DNA of 63,891 nt, filler included. It is 16 parts of 16 records of this genome, joined end to end, with 100 filler letters (N's around TTAATTAATTAA, not from the genome) between each part and the next. Parts side by side here need not be neighbours in the genome. Positions count along the whole stretch, not along the records: positions 34,765 to 41,059 come from SRR7504441_16046; positions 41,160 to 44,977 come from SRR7504441_16047; positions 45,078 to 50,292 come from SRR7504441_16048; 13 more parts are not named here. One strand, written 5' to 3'. This document shows, piece by piece, positions 35,593-48,466 of this stretch. The translations under genes were made by a program, and so were the position numbers. A model generated the notes under the pieces. The model was not told the DNA's origin and ran no database searches. It saw only the letters and a program-made list of their open reading frames with translations. Position 1 is the stretch's first letter. The number at the start of each line of letters is the position of its first letter.

Positions 35593-37159
35593 ATGCCCCG
35601 CCCAGCGCTCACCGGTCTGCTGCTGTGCGGCCTTCTCGGCCTTGCCTCGGCTGACGTGCCGGCCGACCTTGTGACCGCGATCCCAGGCTTCAACCAGACG
35701 AGCTTCAAGGTCTACTCCGGCTTTCTGCAGGTGCCCGGCCCGTTCGAGCGCACGGCGTACGACAGCCTCAGGATCCACTACCAGTTCTCGCACGCCCAGG
35801 CCGACCCGATGAGCAAGCCGGTGGTGGCCTGGCACCAGGGCGGCCCGGGCGGCTCGTCGACCCAGGGCGGGTACATAGAGATGGGCTTCTTCCTGGTGGG
35901 CGACCAAATCAAAATCAACCCGCACGCCTGGAACCAGGCGGCAAACATGCTCTACCTAGAGTCCCCGGCCGGCTCCGGCGGCGACAGTGGGTTCTCGACG
36001 TGCCTGAAGGCCGGTAAACCGGTCGGCTGCAAGTGGAACGACCTGTCACAGGCCGAGGCGTACGCACACACGCTCAGCGCGTTCTTCAAGGCTTTCCCGG
36101 AGTTTGCGCAGCACCAGTTTTTCATGGCCGGTGAGAGTTACTTTGGGCAGTACGGCCCGAATATTGCGCACTACATTCTGCAGAACAGCCACAAGTTTGA
36201 GTACTCGCTGAGTGGAATGCTGGTTGGTAACGGCTGTTGGGGAGGGACTAACAGCTCGTTCAACTGCAACGGGCCGCACACGCGGAAGAACGACATTGAC
36301 GCGCTCTGGGGCAAGGGCCTGATGAGCAACAAGCAGTACCAGAATGCGTACCGGGCGTGCGGGTTCAGCGGGGCTGTGAACAAGTCAGCTCACGACTCGA
36401 TCGCGTGCATCGCTGCGCTGGAGCTGGCACATCGAGCTGTTGGGCCGTACAACATCTATGATGTCTATGATAACTGCCCCAAGACCGCAGCTTACCTGGA
36501 GCGCTCGAACAAGGACATGCTCTGGCTGCTGAGCACCGTACGCTCACACATGGACCAGCACCCCTTCGCGACCAGTGCTGAGCGCTCGCGGCTACTAAGC
36601 AACGCCTTGGTGGCTGCTGGGGGCGAGGCTGGGTTCGATTGGAACTGCGGCGGCACCTACCCGCCGGGCAAGGTATCTGACTATTTCAAGCGCAAGGACG
36701 TGCAGCAGGCGCTGCACCTCGGCGAGCCAGGCCTGTCTTCATTTGGCTATGCGACCACCGGCCCGGCTTCGGTGACGCTGTATCCGTACTTGGCTCAGAG
36801 GCTCCGGATGATTATTTACAACGGAGATGCTGACATGTGCGTGCCTTACAACGGCAACGAAGAGTGGATTGAACAGCTCGAAGCCGACGGCGTGCTGGAG
36901 CAAAAGTCTGCCTGGCGGCCTTGGTATTCGATGCGCTCCGTGGCTGGCAAGAGCACCGCTGCCGGCGGTGTCACGACATACTCTGTTACAGGGAGCCGGC
37001 AGGAGCTGACCTTCTTGACTATTCGGCTCGCCGGGCACATGGTGGGTGATCCCATTGACACAATCCTCCTGACCAATGTTTGCCCGGCAGGTCCCGCTGT
37101 TCCGCCCGGCCGCGGCACTGGATTTCTTTGAGGACTTTATCACCAACAAGCCGCAATGA
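35593..37159 (+). CDS. Serine carboxypeptidase, family S10
   Basis: Signal peptide, WHQGGPGGSS, ANMLYLESPAG, AGESYFG, YNGDADMCVP, and AGHM|VP joined across intron 37042-37090. Confidence 0.95.
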
Positions 37160-37386
37160 TGACACCATTGCAATCACAATTCATGACGTCAGTGTCGTAG
37201 TACGAGTAATTTTGATTGCTATTGTATTATTGTAGTTTTCATTTATGATCATCGTTTTGTGATTGCAATCGTTTTCATGATCATTCAAACACCGTGCGAG
37301 CTTCGTCTTACCCTAAAGGCCTAAACCTCTCGAAGACCAGCGACCCTGTCCGTACATGTACATGTTACGCACACATGTATTCTTCA

Positions 37387-39031
37387 CTAACGGCACGAGT
37401 CGCCCGAGCATGCCATTAGCTTGTGCAACCGGGCTTCCAGCGCGGCCAGCTTGCTCTTAGGAAGGCTCTGGGCCGTATTCTTTAGCTCCCAATAGTCCGT
37501 TGATAGGTCGTAGTACCTGAAACTACATGTCACATTTCTGGCCTCCGCACACGGCAAGCTTACTCGGTGAAGCCCTCGTCGTCCATAAAGCGACAATACT
37601 TCTCACTGGTTGTCCTCACACAGTTGTACGTGTTGTTGAGCATGTCGCCCACATCTGCACACAAAAGCGTCATTTGGCACCAGCACGCCCCTCACAGTGT
37701 GGGAAGGAGCAGCTGGCCACTGGCGGCGCCCCACCCGAGTCTGCATTGTCCTCTGATCCGTGGCAGATGATTGCCATGGTGCTCTTGTTGGCGCTGCCGC
37801 CTCCAAGCCGGTCGCCGTGGTATGAGATGAGGAAGTCGTCTCGCCAATCCGCCTGGAGCCTCGCTCTCTGCTCGGCGGGGGTGTCTGACATGATAAGAGG
37901 CTTGACACTCCGGCCGTCCATGTACTCTGGCACAGCCAGGCCCATCATGTCGATCATAGTAGGCGCCCAGTCAATATTCACAACCATCTGGTCCAGCACC
38001 CGGCCCCGCGCCACCCCAGGCCCTGCCACGGCGAACGGCACTCGAATCTCGTGCTCAAAGTGCTGCCGCTTGTCGTCTGGAGCACAGAACTGCCCAGAGT
38101 GGAAGCCATTATCTGAGCCAAACACAAAGAAAGTGTTGTCCGCGGTGCCAGTCTCCTCGAGTGTGTCGAACACGGCCTCTACCAGGTCGTCTACGCTGCG
38201 GAGCGTCCCCAGCCGGTGCTGGTAAATTGTGTCGGATGAATTGATCACTGAAGCGCTCATCGTAGGCTGGTACCGCACCATCCAATGCTTATCTAGACCG
38301 CGCACATTCCAGTTGGGCGTGCGTGGCGCCCGTCGGTCCGAGTAGCTCTGGGCGTACTGTGGCGCCGGGGTGAAGGGCCCGTGAGCGGCTGGGGTGCCAA
38401 TGTAAACAAAGAAGGGCGTGTGTGGGTAGTCCCTGACAGAGTTGCGGATAAACGCGGTAGAATGGTTCTTCAGAATGTCAGTCAGATAGTCCTCCGAGTA
38501 CACCTCCCCATGGCTCTCGGGCTTGCCGTTGTTCGAGAGCACGTAGTTATAATATTGCGAGTTGCCCTTCAGCCCGAGCCACTCGTCGTACCCGGCCGGG
38601 ATATGCGCCAGCCCTCCGACGTCCGGGCTGCCGTACTGGTTGAGGTACTTGCCACCCATCCATGTGCGGTAGCCGGCCTGCTTGGCCCAGTAGCCCAGCG
38701 AGGCGTTGTGCTCGATCGCCTGCTGCCACCAGAGCGAGTTGCAGCCGTGCGGCGAGTCGTTCTTGAGCGTGCGTGTGTTGTGCTGGTACCGGCCCGAGTT
38801 GATTGTGGCCCGGGACGGGCAGCAGATCGGAGTGGTTACGAACGAGTTGTTGAAGTACACACCTTTTGAGAGCACCCTCTGCTTCAGATGGTCCATCACG
38901 TCGAGCGTGCCCAGCGTGGCGCCCTGGTCGTCCGTCAGCAGGAATACGATGTTCGGCTTGGCGAGCGGCGCCCCGGCAGCGAGGCCAACCAGGCCGCACA
39001 GCAGGAGTAGCACCCTCGACTTGAGCTCCAT
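37387..39031 (-). CDS. Sulfatase, N-acetylglucosamine-6-sulfatase-like (formylglycine-dependent)
   Basis: Signal peptide, PNIVFLLTDDQ, CCPSRATINSG, GKYLNQY, SDNGFHSGQF, DDKRQ. Short introns near the 3' end. Confidence 0.93.
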
Positions 39032-39068
39032 GACGGGTGAGCGTAACGGATTTTGATCTCCAGAACAA

Positions 39069-40757
39069 ATGGCCTCTCGGTCACACCAGCCCAAGCGCCG
39101 CATGGGTGTGCTGGCAGCGCACTGCAGTGCCGCCCCGTTCGGGCTGGCCACCGGCGGCCCACCCACCCGACTCTCACCCCGGTACGATCTGGTGGTGGTC
39201 GGCTTGGGCGCCGCGGGGGCCGCCGGGGCCCTCGAAGCGGCCGGGCGCGGGCTGAAGGTATTGGTGGCCGACCGCTTCTCGGGCGGTGGCGCGACGGTCC
39301 GGTCGGGCGGGGTGATCTACGCGGGCGGCGGCACCGAGCTGCAGGCGGCTTGCGGCGTGGCCGACGACCCGGAGCAGATGGCTCACTACATCCGGCAGGA
39401 GAGCGGGGGCTGCGTGCCCGAGGAGACGGTGCGGCAGTTCTGCCAGGCCAGCGCGGACAACATATCCTGGCTACGCCAGCTGGGTGTGCCGTTCGGGTCG
39501 GCCCTGGCCGAGCGCAAGACCTCGTACCCGACCAGTGATGAGGTTGGCTTATATATGAGTGGCAACGAAGCCTCGGCCCCGTACTCCAGTCGTGCGGTCC
39601 CGGCCGCCCGGGGGCATCGGCCGCAGGGCGAGTACCTGACCGGCAAGGTGCTGTGGGCGCACCTGCTCGAGGCTTTGGAGTCGCACCCCAACGTGCAGTT
39701 AATCCGACACGCACCGTGCGAAGCGCTAGACCAGGATGCGGGCAAGGTGAGAGCGGTAAAGCTCCGGGTGCTCCCAGCGCACGTGGCGGGGCTGCACGAG
39801 CAGTTGTACCAGGCCGGCTGTCAGGCGGCGCTGGTTGACAACAAGACGCGGCAGGCCTGCCAGGCGCTCTGCAGGGAGCTGGAGGTACGGCACGGCCGAG
39901 CTAAGCGGATCGAGTGCGGTGCAGTGCTGATCGCTGCCGGGGGCTACTACTTCAATGACCAAATGGTGGCCGATCACGCCCCGGGCTACGCAGGGCTGAT
40001 GCCGCTGGGCAGTCTAGGGGACGACGGGTCTGGCATTCAGCTTGGACAGGAGGCAGGGGGCGAGACTGGCCAGATGGACCGCTGTTCGGCCTGGAAGTTC
40101 CTCAACCCACCGTACGCGTTCATGAAGGCGATTCTGGTGGGCCCGTGTGGTCGGCGCGTGGCCAACGAGGACTTGTACGGCGCCACGCTCGCCCAAAAGC
40201 TGATCGCGGACCACGCTGGGCGCGGCTGGCTGGTCTGCGACCAGAGCTTGTTCGACGAGGCGGCCGCCGAGGCTGGTACCGGTCCGATGCAGCCGGATCA
40301 GGCGATGCGGACCTACATAAACCTGTACCGCAACCGCAAGACGGCAGAGACGCTCAATGAGCTGGCTCAGCTGTGCTCTATCCCGCCAACAGTCCTCGAG
40401 CAGACTGTGCACTCTTACAACGGTTACTGCCAGGCAGGCGATACGCAGTTCGGCAAGCGGTCCGAGTACCTCCAGCCCGTGAGCCAGCCGCCATACTACG
40501 CGGTGGATGTCTCGCTCAAGGGGAATCCCTGGTGGCCGACGCCCTGCATGAGCCTCGGAGGGCTGCGAGTCGACTCAAACGGTCAAGTGCTCCGGAAAGA
40601 TTCGGACCAGCCGATCGGAGGGCTCTATGCGGCCGGCAGGAGCGCAGTCGGTGTGGCGAGCAACTCTTATGTGAGCGGGCTCAGCTTGGCTGATTGCATC
40701 TTCAGTGGACGCCGAGTAGGCCGCGCTGTGCCAGGAAAGCGCGACTACAAAGAGTAG
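39069..40757 (+). CDS. FAD-dependent 3-ketosteroid-dehydrogenase-like protein (Delta4(5alpha)/TesI-type, FAD_binding_2)
   Basis: DLVVVGLGAAG, GGATVRSGGVIYAGGGT, KTSYP...LYMSGNE...ARGHR, SLGGLRVD, GLYAAGRSAVG, YVSGLSLADC. Intronless. Confidence 0.8.
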   Translation: MASRSHQPKRRMGVLAAHCSAAPFGLATGGPPTRLSPRYDLVVVGLGAAGAAGALEAAGRGLKVLVADRFSGGGATVRSGGVIYAGGGTELQAACGVADDPEQMAHYIRQESGGCVPEETVRQFCQASADNISWLRQLGVPFGSALAERKTSYPTSDEVGLYMSGNEASAPYSSRAVPAARGHRPQGEYLTGKVLWAHLLEALESHPNVQLIRHAPCEALDQDAGKVRAVKLRVLPAHVAGLHEQLYQAGCQAALVDNKTRQACQALCRELEVRHGRAKRIECGAVLIAAGGYYFNDQMVADHAPGYAGLMPLGSLGDDGSGIQLGQEAGGETGQMDRCSAWKFLNPPYAFMKAILVGPCGRRVANEDLYGATLAQKLIADHAGRGWLVCDQSLFDEAAAEAGTGPMQPDQAMRTYINLYRNRKTAETLNELAQLCSIPPTVLEQTVHSYNGYCQAGDTQFGKRSEYLQPVSQPPYYAVDVSLKGNPWWPTPCMSLGGLRVDSNGQVLRKDSDQPIGGLYAAGRSAVGVASNSYVSGLSLADCIFSGRRVGRAVPGKRDYKE

Positions 40758-40815
40758 ACTCTAGCTCAATACAAAATTAATACTTGTTGATTCATTTGTA
40801 GTTACATTGCATGTC

Positions 40816-41059
40816 CTAACACTGTGATCCATCTTCAACATTTGATGTCATCGCGTCGGTATCATGCATGCTCCCTGCATCAAACGATCTATTGGTGGTC
40901 CTAGTCGATGCCTTCATTTCAAGACTTGTGTCTGTCTGCTTACCATCAGAAGCAGCCGGTGGAGCCGGGTCCTTGCCCGCTGGTTCTGCCTCGTCATCCG
41001 CCTCTTCCGGTGTGATGAACTCGGCAAAGTTGCCGATCAGATTCGCGAACAAGACCAGC
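40816..41059 (-). CDS. 3' end of an unidentified gene
   Basis: Open frame from the contig edge to stop 40816. Hydrophobic segment followed by an acidic tail. Confidence 0.4.
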
Positions 41060-41368
41060 NNNNNNNNNNNNNNNNNNNNNNNNNNNNNNNNNNNNNNNNN
41101 NNNTTAATTAATTAANNNNNNNNNNNNNNNNNNNNNNNNNNNNNNNNNNNNNNNNNNNNTGCCCCAACGCCCCCCTTGGGTAGCTGCTGAGACGCCATTT
41201 CTTCTTTTTTTTTCTATACGGTTTATATTCGTGTTGCATGAATTACGGTGATAGTTTTCGCTAGGTTGCAGCAACTACATGTAGGTTGCCGCACTTGTCT
41301 AGCACTTGTCGTGATGCTACTCGCATACTACTCTAATACAACTCACAGGCAAGCGACAGGCACTAAGA

Positions 41369-44300
41369 TCACTCCTCTCTCACTCTCTCTTGTAGCACAT
41401 TGAGCGTAATCGGAAACTGCTTCTCAAGCACGTGCGGAGACCTCTTCCCACGCTTAATCTTGCTGCCATCTTCTGACACAAGCGCGAGGCTGTTCTCTTC
41501 CCTGGTATCGCCATCGACATGTTGCAACTCTGCATCCTTAGGGATCTGCAGTACCCAGTTTTGGTTCCTGACGAGCTGCACAAAGCGCACAAACGCCGGC
41601 GACTCCTGCAGTGTTGACAGCGAGCCCAAAATGATCAGTTTGCACTTGGCTCGCGTGAATGCCACATTCACACGTCTCCAGTCTTCCAGCAGTCGGCCCA
41701 CTTTGCGCCCTGAATTGGACCTCACAAGGGACAACAAGACGCAGTCCTTATCTGAGCCCTGATATTTGTCTACAGTTGAGATCTCAAGGCCTGGGCGAGG
41801 CCCCAGACGCTTGCGAATCGCCTTGAGCTGCGACTGATAAGGGGAGATGATCCCTAGTTGCGACATGGAGCACCCAGCTGCGCCAAATGTGTCAATTAAT
41901 TCAGCCAGCACTGCACACTCTGTAGGATTATACAATCCAGAACCGTTGCCTGCCTGTTCGAGTGAGGCTCCGACCTGGTCTGTATCAAGCACCACCACTC
42001 GCCTAGCCGGATCCAGCACCGACAGCAGCCACTTGCGCTGTGCTGTCAACCTGGAGGCTACATTCCTGAGCAGCGGGGGAGAGAGGCACTGCCGTGCCAC
42101 TTGCTGTGAGCCGGCCACCAACTTATGATCGTACACCAGAGTGTTAGACAGCTGCATGATGTCTCCATTCATTCTGTACTGAGTGCACAGCTCGACGGTG
42201 GCCATCGGATGCGCGTCCGACAGCATCTTAAACAAGCTCACATCCAACCCTCGCTGGCGAGCCTCTTGTTTCTGCACTAGTGGCGGGAGCTGGTTGTGAT
42301 CGCCCACCAGCACAAACGTGGAGGCGCAGTGGAGAGGCCCGAGGCAGACGGGCTGAGTTATCTGGCTTGCCTGTGAACCCTCTCAGTGTTGGCCACAGAG
42401 CGGCGTTCACCTCATCCACGATGCAGAAGTCAAACCTTCTGCGGGTGAAGATTGCATGCTCGACAGCAAGGCACGTGCATGCGACCAGCTGGCTGGTTTG
42501 CATCCTTCCGGCCTGCTGCTGGGCACTGGCATCACCGAGCACCAACGGGCGCACCTCTGGATGCACCTACAGACCAAGCGTCACGGCACAAATTGGCATG
42601 CCAGGACACCTTCGCAGGCTCGCCTAGCCTGAGCACATCATGCCGATGCTTAGGAAGCAGCTTGAGCAGAACATTGTCTACTGCGCTGTGCATGTACGAC
42701 ACGAGTAGCACGCTCTTGCCAGCCCTCAGGAGCACAGAGATGATGCATGCGGTGGTAGTCGTCTTGCCTGTGCCCGGCATCCCAAGGATCAGTGCGTAAT
42801 CCTTAGCAGAGAGCACTTTCTCCACCGCGTGTCGCTGATCGCTATTCAATCCACTGTTTCTCCTGATATTGTCGAGCAGTTCCTGTGGAGGAGCTTGAAA
42901 TCTGGGCCGTTGCCTCTCCACTACAAGCTCCCGCAGTCTCACGTTACGTCCTTCTGGCTGGTCATGGAACAGCTTGAGGATATTGCCCTTGCACTGGGCG
43001 AGAGAGGAGCTGAACTCGAGCTTATCGATCCTATAAACAGGCTGGCTGGTTGAGATGTGACGTCGGCATGATCTCACTGGAGCTTCAACCCTTAGCACAA
43101 TCTGCGAGCTGCTGAGAGTCTGGACTCGACCGGTGGCTAGTGCAAACTCTCCAGCCTGTGTGCTCACCACAGCAACTGTGCCGCTAGTCAGTTCTGTCCT
43201 GTCCAGCTGGGCCGACGGATCTAGCGCCTGGAACGTGTACAAGAATCTCCTGGATGGGCCTGGCTGCTCGGTCACGCCGACTATCTCTAGTCGAGAGCAG
43301 CACTTGCCACCACTGGCTCTGGCCTCGCTGCCCATCGTCCAGAGCTCATGCATGCAGGTAACACCGCGGTCCATTTCAATATCGATCGTCTCGATCCAAT
43401 GCATCAGATACTCGGTATGCTCTCTGGTCAAATGTGCAGTATGCAGCTCGAAAGCATTCAGCTCCTCCAGGCCGCTACTAGCAGTGCTGCCACCCTCGGC
43501 CGCCAAGTGATGGATCATGCACGTGCTGATTTGCGGACAGTGCCTGCAGGTGAACACTCTGCCACAGGGCTCTGGAAGAGAACCATGCTGCTTCATCAGC
43601 ACTGCCAGCTCATTGCGGCGCTGCAGCAACCCTCGCACCTCGGCCATCCCAGCGTTAACCCCAGCGGTACTGGTTTCTTGCTCATTCAGATACAGCAACA
43701 GCCCGTACTCGGCCTGGGTGCAGTACCTGCATGAGTAAACCAAGTCAACGTATGGTATGGCCCGAGTGCACTACCTCTCGGCCAGCATCATCGCGTACAG
43801 GATCACTTGGCCCCGGTGCTCCAGGAAGCTCGGCTTGCCTGTCTTCAGCTCAAGTGGCAGCACCACACTCTGCCAGCTGCCGTCCTCTTGCTGGATCTGA
43901 GCCATCAAGGTCGCATCCACCTTGCCTTTGAGCCCAAACGCTGGCGACCAAATGTTCTCCTCAGTGGCTTCGATCGAGGTGATTCGCACTCGCCTGGAGC
44001 CAGCTCCAGACGCACAGGACGACCCTGTCGGCTCGATCACGCACCCGTCTGAGTTATTCAGGTGCTGAGCCTTCCAGGCCAGAATCTGTGGCACTAGACC
44101 CTCGAGATGGCTCCGGGCTTCCTCTGTGGGATGATCGAGTGTGTACAGCCCGAGACGGTGCTGCTCGATCGCGTTGCTGATCAGCTCACGGCAGGCGGCT
44201 TGGTCTGGCTCGGCCTGCTGCAGCATCCCTTCGAATACCTGCGCACGCTCAGCTGCCCTTGCCCGGCCGCTGCACCTGGTGGGCCAATGTGCCCTGCATC

Positions 44301-44977
44301 ATCTTGAGGTTAGTCGAGCGGTCCCGGTGCCGTTCGTTCAGGACCGCCCGCCGCATGCAGCCATAGCTGCAGCAGATGGTGGTCGGTGAAAGCAAAATGT
44401 CCGGGTGCACAATCAGCAGCGCCTGGTCCACCCCGGTCAGCCCACAACCCACGCTTATTTGGACCGTCGAGGTGCTGTTGGGACCATCTTCTAGCACAAC
44501 CCGGCCTTGAGCGTCAAACTGCCCAAAAATATTCACAATGTCACCAGCATTGACTCTCGCATCGGCCCAGCAGCCGCGCAGCACCGCGTATCGCACTGAG
44601 CCTGCACGAGGCTGCAGCTCGAGCAGGGGCTCGCCGCCGTTGGCAGTGACTCCAACTGAAACCACACTGAACCGCGCAAAGTCCATCAGGGAAGGCCGGA
44701 GCCCATGCTGAGATGGCTGGTTGGTGGTGGTGGAGCCTTGCTCATAGAGCTCTAGGGCCTCCAAGAAGCCAGTATCGTCTTCATCAAAGCCAAACGCGTC
44801 GGTGCTGGTGGGAGCTGCTATGCAGGGCAGGGCCACAGAATCAGTGCTGTTCTTGGGCTTGGCATGGGATTCACACTGCTCCAAGGCCGCCAGCAACAGA
44901 GAATCCTCAATTTCACCAGCGAATTCATCTAAAGCAGCTGAGGCCTGCTGCTGCTGCTGCTGCCCTCCCGCCTCGCA
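41369..44977 (-). CDS. DNA2: DNA replication ATP-dependent helicase/nuclease DNA2 (5' truncated)
   Basis: HPDILLSPT...CMRRAVL, GTLAHQ, EENIWSPAFGLKGKVD, PLELKTGK, Fe-S Cys cluster CRHCPQISTC, GMPGTGKT, DE|ASQI, GDHNQLPPLV, STVDKYQGSDKD, RRVNVAFTRAK. At least 4 short GT-AG introns. Confidence 0.97.
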
Positions 44978-45270
44978 NNNNNNNNNNNNNNNNNNNNNNN
45001 NNNNNNNNNNNNNNNNNNNNNTTAATTAATTAANNNNNNNNNNNNNNNNNNNNNNNNNNNNNNNNNNNNNNNNNNNNACGGCAAAGAAATCGAAATTAAA
45101 AGAAATTCTGATCGGTGGATGGAGTAGCGCAGACACAGTACTTGAGGGGAACCACACCACGACAGGTTGCACCGACTCACCCAGTCGGCACACATCCGTG
45201 CCCCGCGAGAGGCAGTCGCCAGCTGCATATGGCTATCAGTAGGCTGCCGCACACGATTGCGTAGTCTGCC

Positions 45271-48140
45271 ATGAACTCGGACGTCTTTGTGGAGACGATC
45301 CTGCAGGGCCGCTTCTCCAGGGTGCCCCCCTCCCCCCTGCGCTTGAGTGACGGCTGGGTGCTCGCAGTACAAGGAGCGGCTCGGGAGCGGTGCCTACAAG
45401 ACTGTCTTCAAGGGTTACGACCATGAGAACGGGATAGAGGTGGCCTGGAATCAGATCAAGTTCGAGCGCCTGAAGGAGACAGAGCGCGCGCGGCTGGACG
45501 AGGAGATCAACATCCTATCGATCCTCCAGCACCCCAATATTATCAACTTCTACGACTTCTATATCGATGACGAGAAGAAGCGACTCGTCATACTGACAGA
45601 GCTGATGACATCGGGCACGCTGAGGCAGTTCGTACTCAAGTCGCGGCAGCCCACCAGACTCAAGGTGATCAAACGATGGTGCGTGCAGATCCTCAGAGGG
45701 CTGTCGTACCTGCATAGTATGAACATCATCCACCGCGACCTCAAGTGCGACAATATCTTTATTAATGGCAGCATGGGAGAGGTGAAAATTGGCGACCTGG
45801 GGCTTTCCACTGTGATGACGCGAACACACGCAGAGAGTGTGATCGGGACTCCGGAGTTCATGGCCCCGGAGTTCTATGACGAGCACTACACGGAGAAGGT
45901 GGACACCTACGCCTTTGGGATGTGCCTATTAGAGATGGCCACACAAGAGTATCCCTACGCTGAGTGCACCAATGCAGCTCAGATCTATAAGAAAGTGACT
46001 GGCGGCCGGCCACCAGCCGCGCTCCTACGGATCGAAGACACTGATGTCCGGCAGTTCATAGAGCTGTGTATTGGTGCATTTGAGGACAGGCCATCGCCGT
46101 CTGAAGTGTTGGACCACAACTTTTTCCGATTGGAGGGCCCCACAGACTCGGAGCCTGTGAGGATGCGCCCGAGGGAGACGCAGGAGAAGGGGGTGCTGAT
46201 GGACGGCAAGGGTGTTGTAGATGGGCCAGCAGCCAACCCAAACATTGCTTCTCCAAACACAAGCAGTGGAATCAGGGTGCCCACTCCCCGAGAGATGCCG
46301 AATGGCCCGAGCTCCAACGTCTCCAGTGGGCGCGGCTCCGATCACAGTTCAGCAGCCCCTAGTGAAGGCGACGGACCAGTTGCGCCATCAGGTGAATGCT
46401 TAGTGTGCTGTATGACTGATCAGGCTGCTGACAGGCCCTAGTCCTGGTTCAGAGAGCAGGGCTCTGAGCACGCCTGCAGAGAGCATGGCTGCTGACAGGC
46501 ACGGTCGGTTCACTCAGTCCGCCCATGTGGACATGGGCGCGTCGAAAGGGTCGGTGAGTACAGCTGTTGTGCCGGGAACTCGCGAAATCAAACTCCAGCT
46601 GGTGATTGCTGGTGCACGTGCAGCTTAGCAGGCTGGCTGACCGACTGCGCAGATGTGCAAAAGGAGGTGACTTTTCCGTTCAATGTTGAAACAGACACAG
46701 CTCAGTCCGTGGCCACTGAGATGGCACACGAGTTTAATCTAACCTGTGAAGTAGAATGGCTTACGAATGAGCTGCAGAAGCGAGGTGCGGTTTATATCCC
46801 CACGCTGCTGAGGCTGGGTGCTGCAGTCAACATGATAGAGTCCACGGATAGCAAGCACTCTGCCTCGCCTCCTGGGGTTCACGGGACTACTCCCCCAAGC
46901 AACAAGAGTCGCAGTCGGGTTGAGATGACGGTATGTGTCACGTTATTAGCCCACTTGCACACCCTCGTTGCACTGCCCCTCTGCCTGATGTGAGCCTTGT
47001 GCTGATCCGGTAGCTCTGTGACAGGACGTGGCACACGACAGTCCTCGGATGAGTGCTGTGACAGTTCCTGTGGATAAAGGTCACCTGAACAAGCAGACAG
47101 AGCAAACCAGTGAAGGAAGTTGGCTGGTGCCAGCAATTACAATGCCCGAAGCTGTCCTGACACAAGCGGCTGCGCTACCAATGCAATCAGGTTCTGACAA
47201 AGTGATGACCGACAGAGGGGTGAAAATAGTTGCTGATAGAGTGGAGGAGGCTGCACACGGTAAGAGGGTCGATCCAATTCCCACTGGCGAAGATGCGACT
47301 GATGATGCCAAGCCTAAGCCGAGCAATGTGCTCGCAGATGCAGCATACACAGGGGCACCTGCCAACCCGCCAGCCGACCACGGAGAACCTTCTGATCCCC
47401 GACGCCGCAAACCTAGCTGGAGTGATGTAGCACAAGAGAAGCCTGCTGTAGCTGCATCCGAAGGGGTGGGCGACGCAGATCCTGTGCGGGCTGATGGGAC
47501 GGACAATGAGCCAGAGCCGGAAGTGCCTGACAAGGAGCCAGACCAGCCGGAAGCGGAGGAGCAGCAGATAGATTTATCGGACGAGCGGGAAGCAAGCATG
47601 ACGCAGGAAGTGTTGGAGCTTGAGACAGAGATCCAACGAGTAAACCAGCAGATCAGCGACCTTCACGCCAAGGTGCAGCAGCTCAACACTCTCAGATCCA
47701 CCAAGTTCAATGCACTGACCGAGCTACAAAAGGCCAAGCGGCATTGGGCGGCTGAAGCTCATGTGGCCAGGAGTGCAGCGCTGGACGGTAAGCCTGCAGC
47801 AACCTCGACTGGACAGAGTGAAGTCATGCCAGCGGACAAGGTAGACAGTTTGCCCAATGGTGTGGATAAGCACGTCGGGGACCCAGAGAGCAAACTTGCT
47901 GCTGATGTAAGCAACAATCAGGCCAAAGTAGATAGTCAAAATAATCAGACAAAAGTCGAAGGTGCACCTCCTGAGCAAGGAGCTGCTGCCGAGCAACGGT
48001 TGGATGTTAGCATGCTGAAACAGCTGGACAAATTTAAACAGAAACCAACACAAATGGGTCAAACAGGTGCAAAACCTACGAATACTAGCTCACGCCCCGA
48101 GAAGGAGGATGATCCATTATTTGGAGACTTTGTTCAGTGA
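45271..48140 (+). CDS. WNK: WNK-family serine/threonine kinase with CCT-like domain and C-terminal coiled coil
   Basis: GSGAYKTVFKG (Lys in subdomain I), EVAWNQ (no subdomain-II Lys), HRDLKCDNIFING, DLGL, GTPEFMAPE, and KEVTFPFNVETDTAQSVATEM. First intron 45322-45367. Confidence 0.95.
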
Positions 48141-48466
48141 CCGTAACCATGACGACGAGAACGGTCTCGCCCAGATTGATGAATTCAAGCTGGCGCATGG
48201 CAATGTTCTCGGGGCGTTTGGAAGGTGGAATTTTTAAACGAGTTTCCTCTCGTGAACACTCCATAAAGTTTTATAAGTAAATGTGTCATTGAATAGAATG
48301 CATGCCGGTCGCAGAGGTACCGAGGTACCATTCGCCCCAAAGCTCCGCTCGCAATCTGCCAAAGCTCCAATACAATTAGCTAACTCCGGGTAAGTCGATT
48401 ACTGTTATTATCGCAACGCAAGCTGCAACGGACGATCATTCAAAAGAGCGCGGCACACCGAAGAAG

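Noticed and set aside
37387-40757. Steroid-sulfate catabolic gene pair (sulfatase plus ketosteroid dehydrogenase)
   Set aside because: The sulfatase has glucosamine-6-sulfatase-type motifs and a signal peptide. Tight divergent pairing is common throughout this genome, so no functional link is supported.
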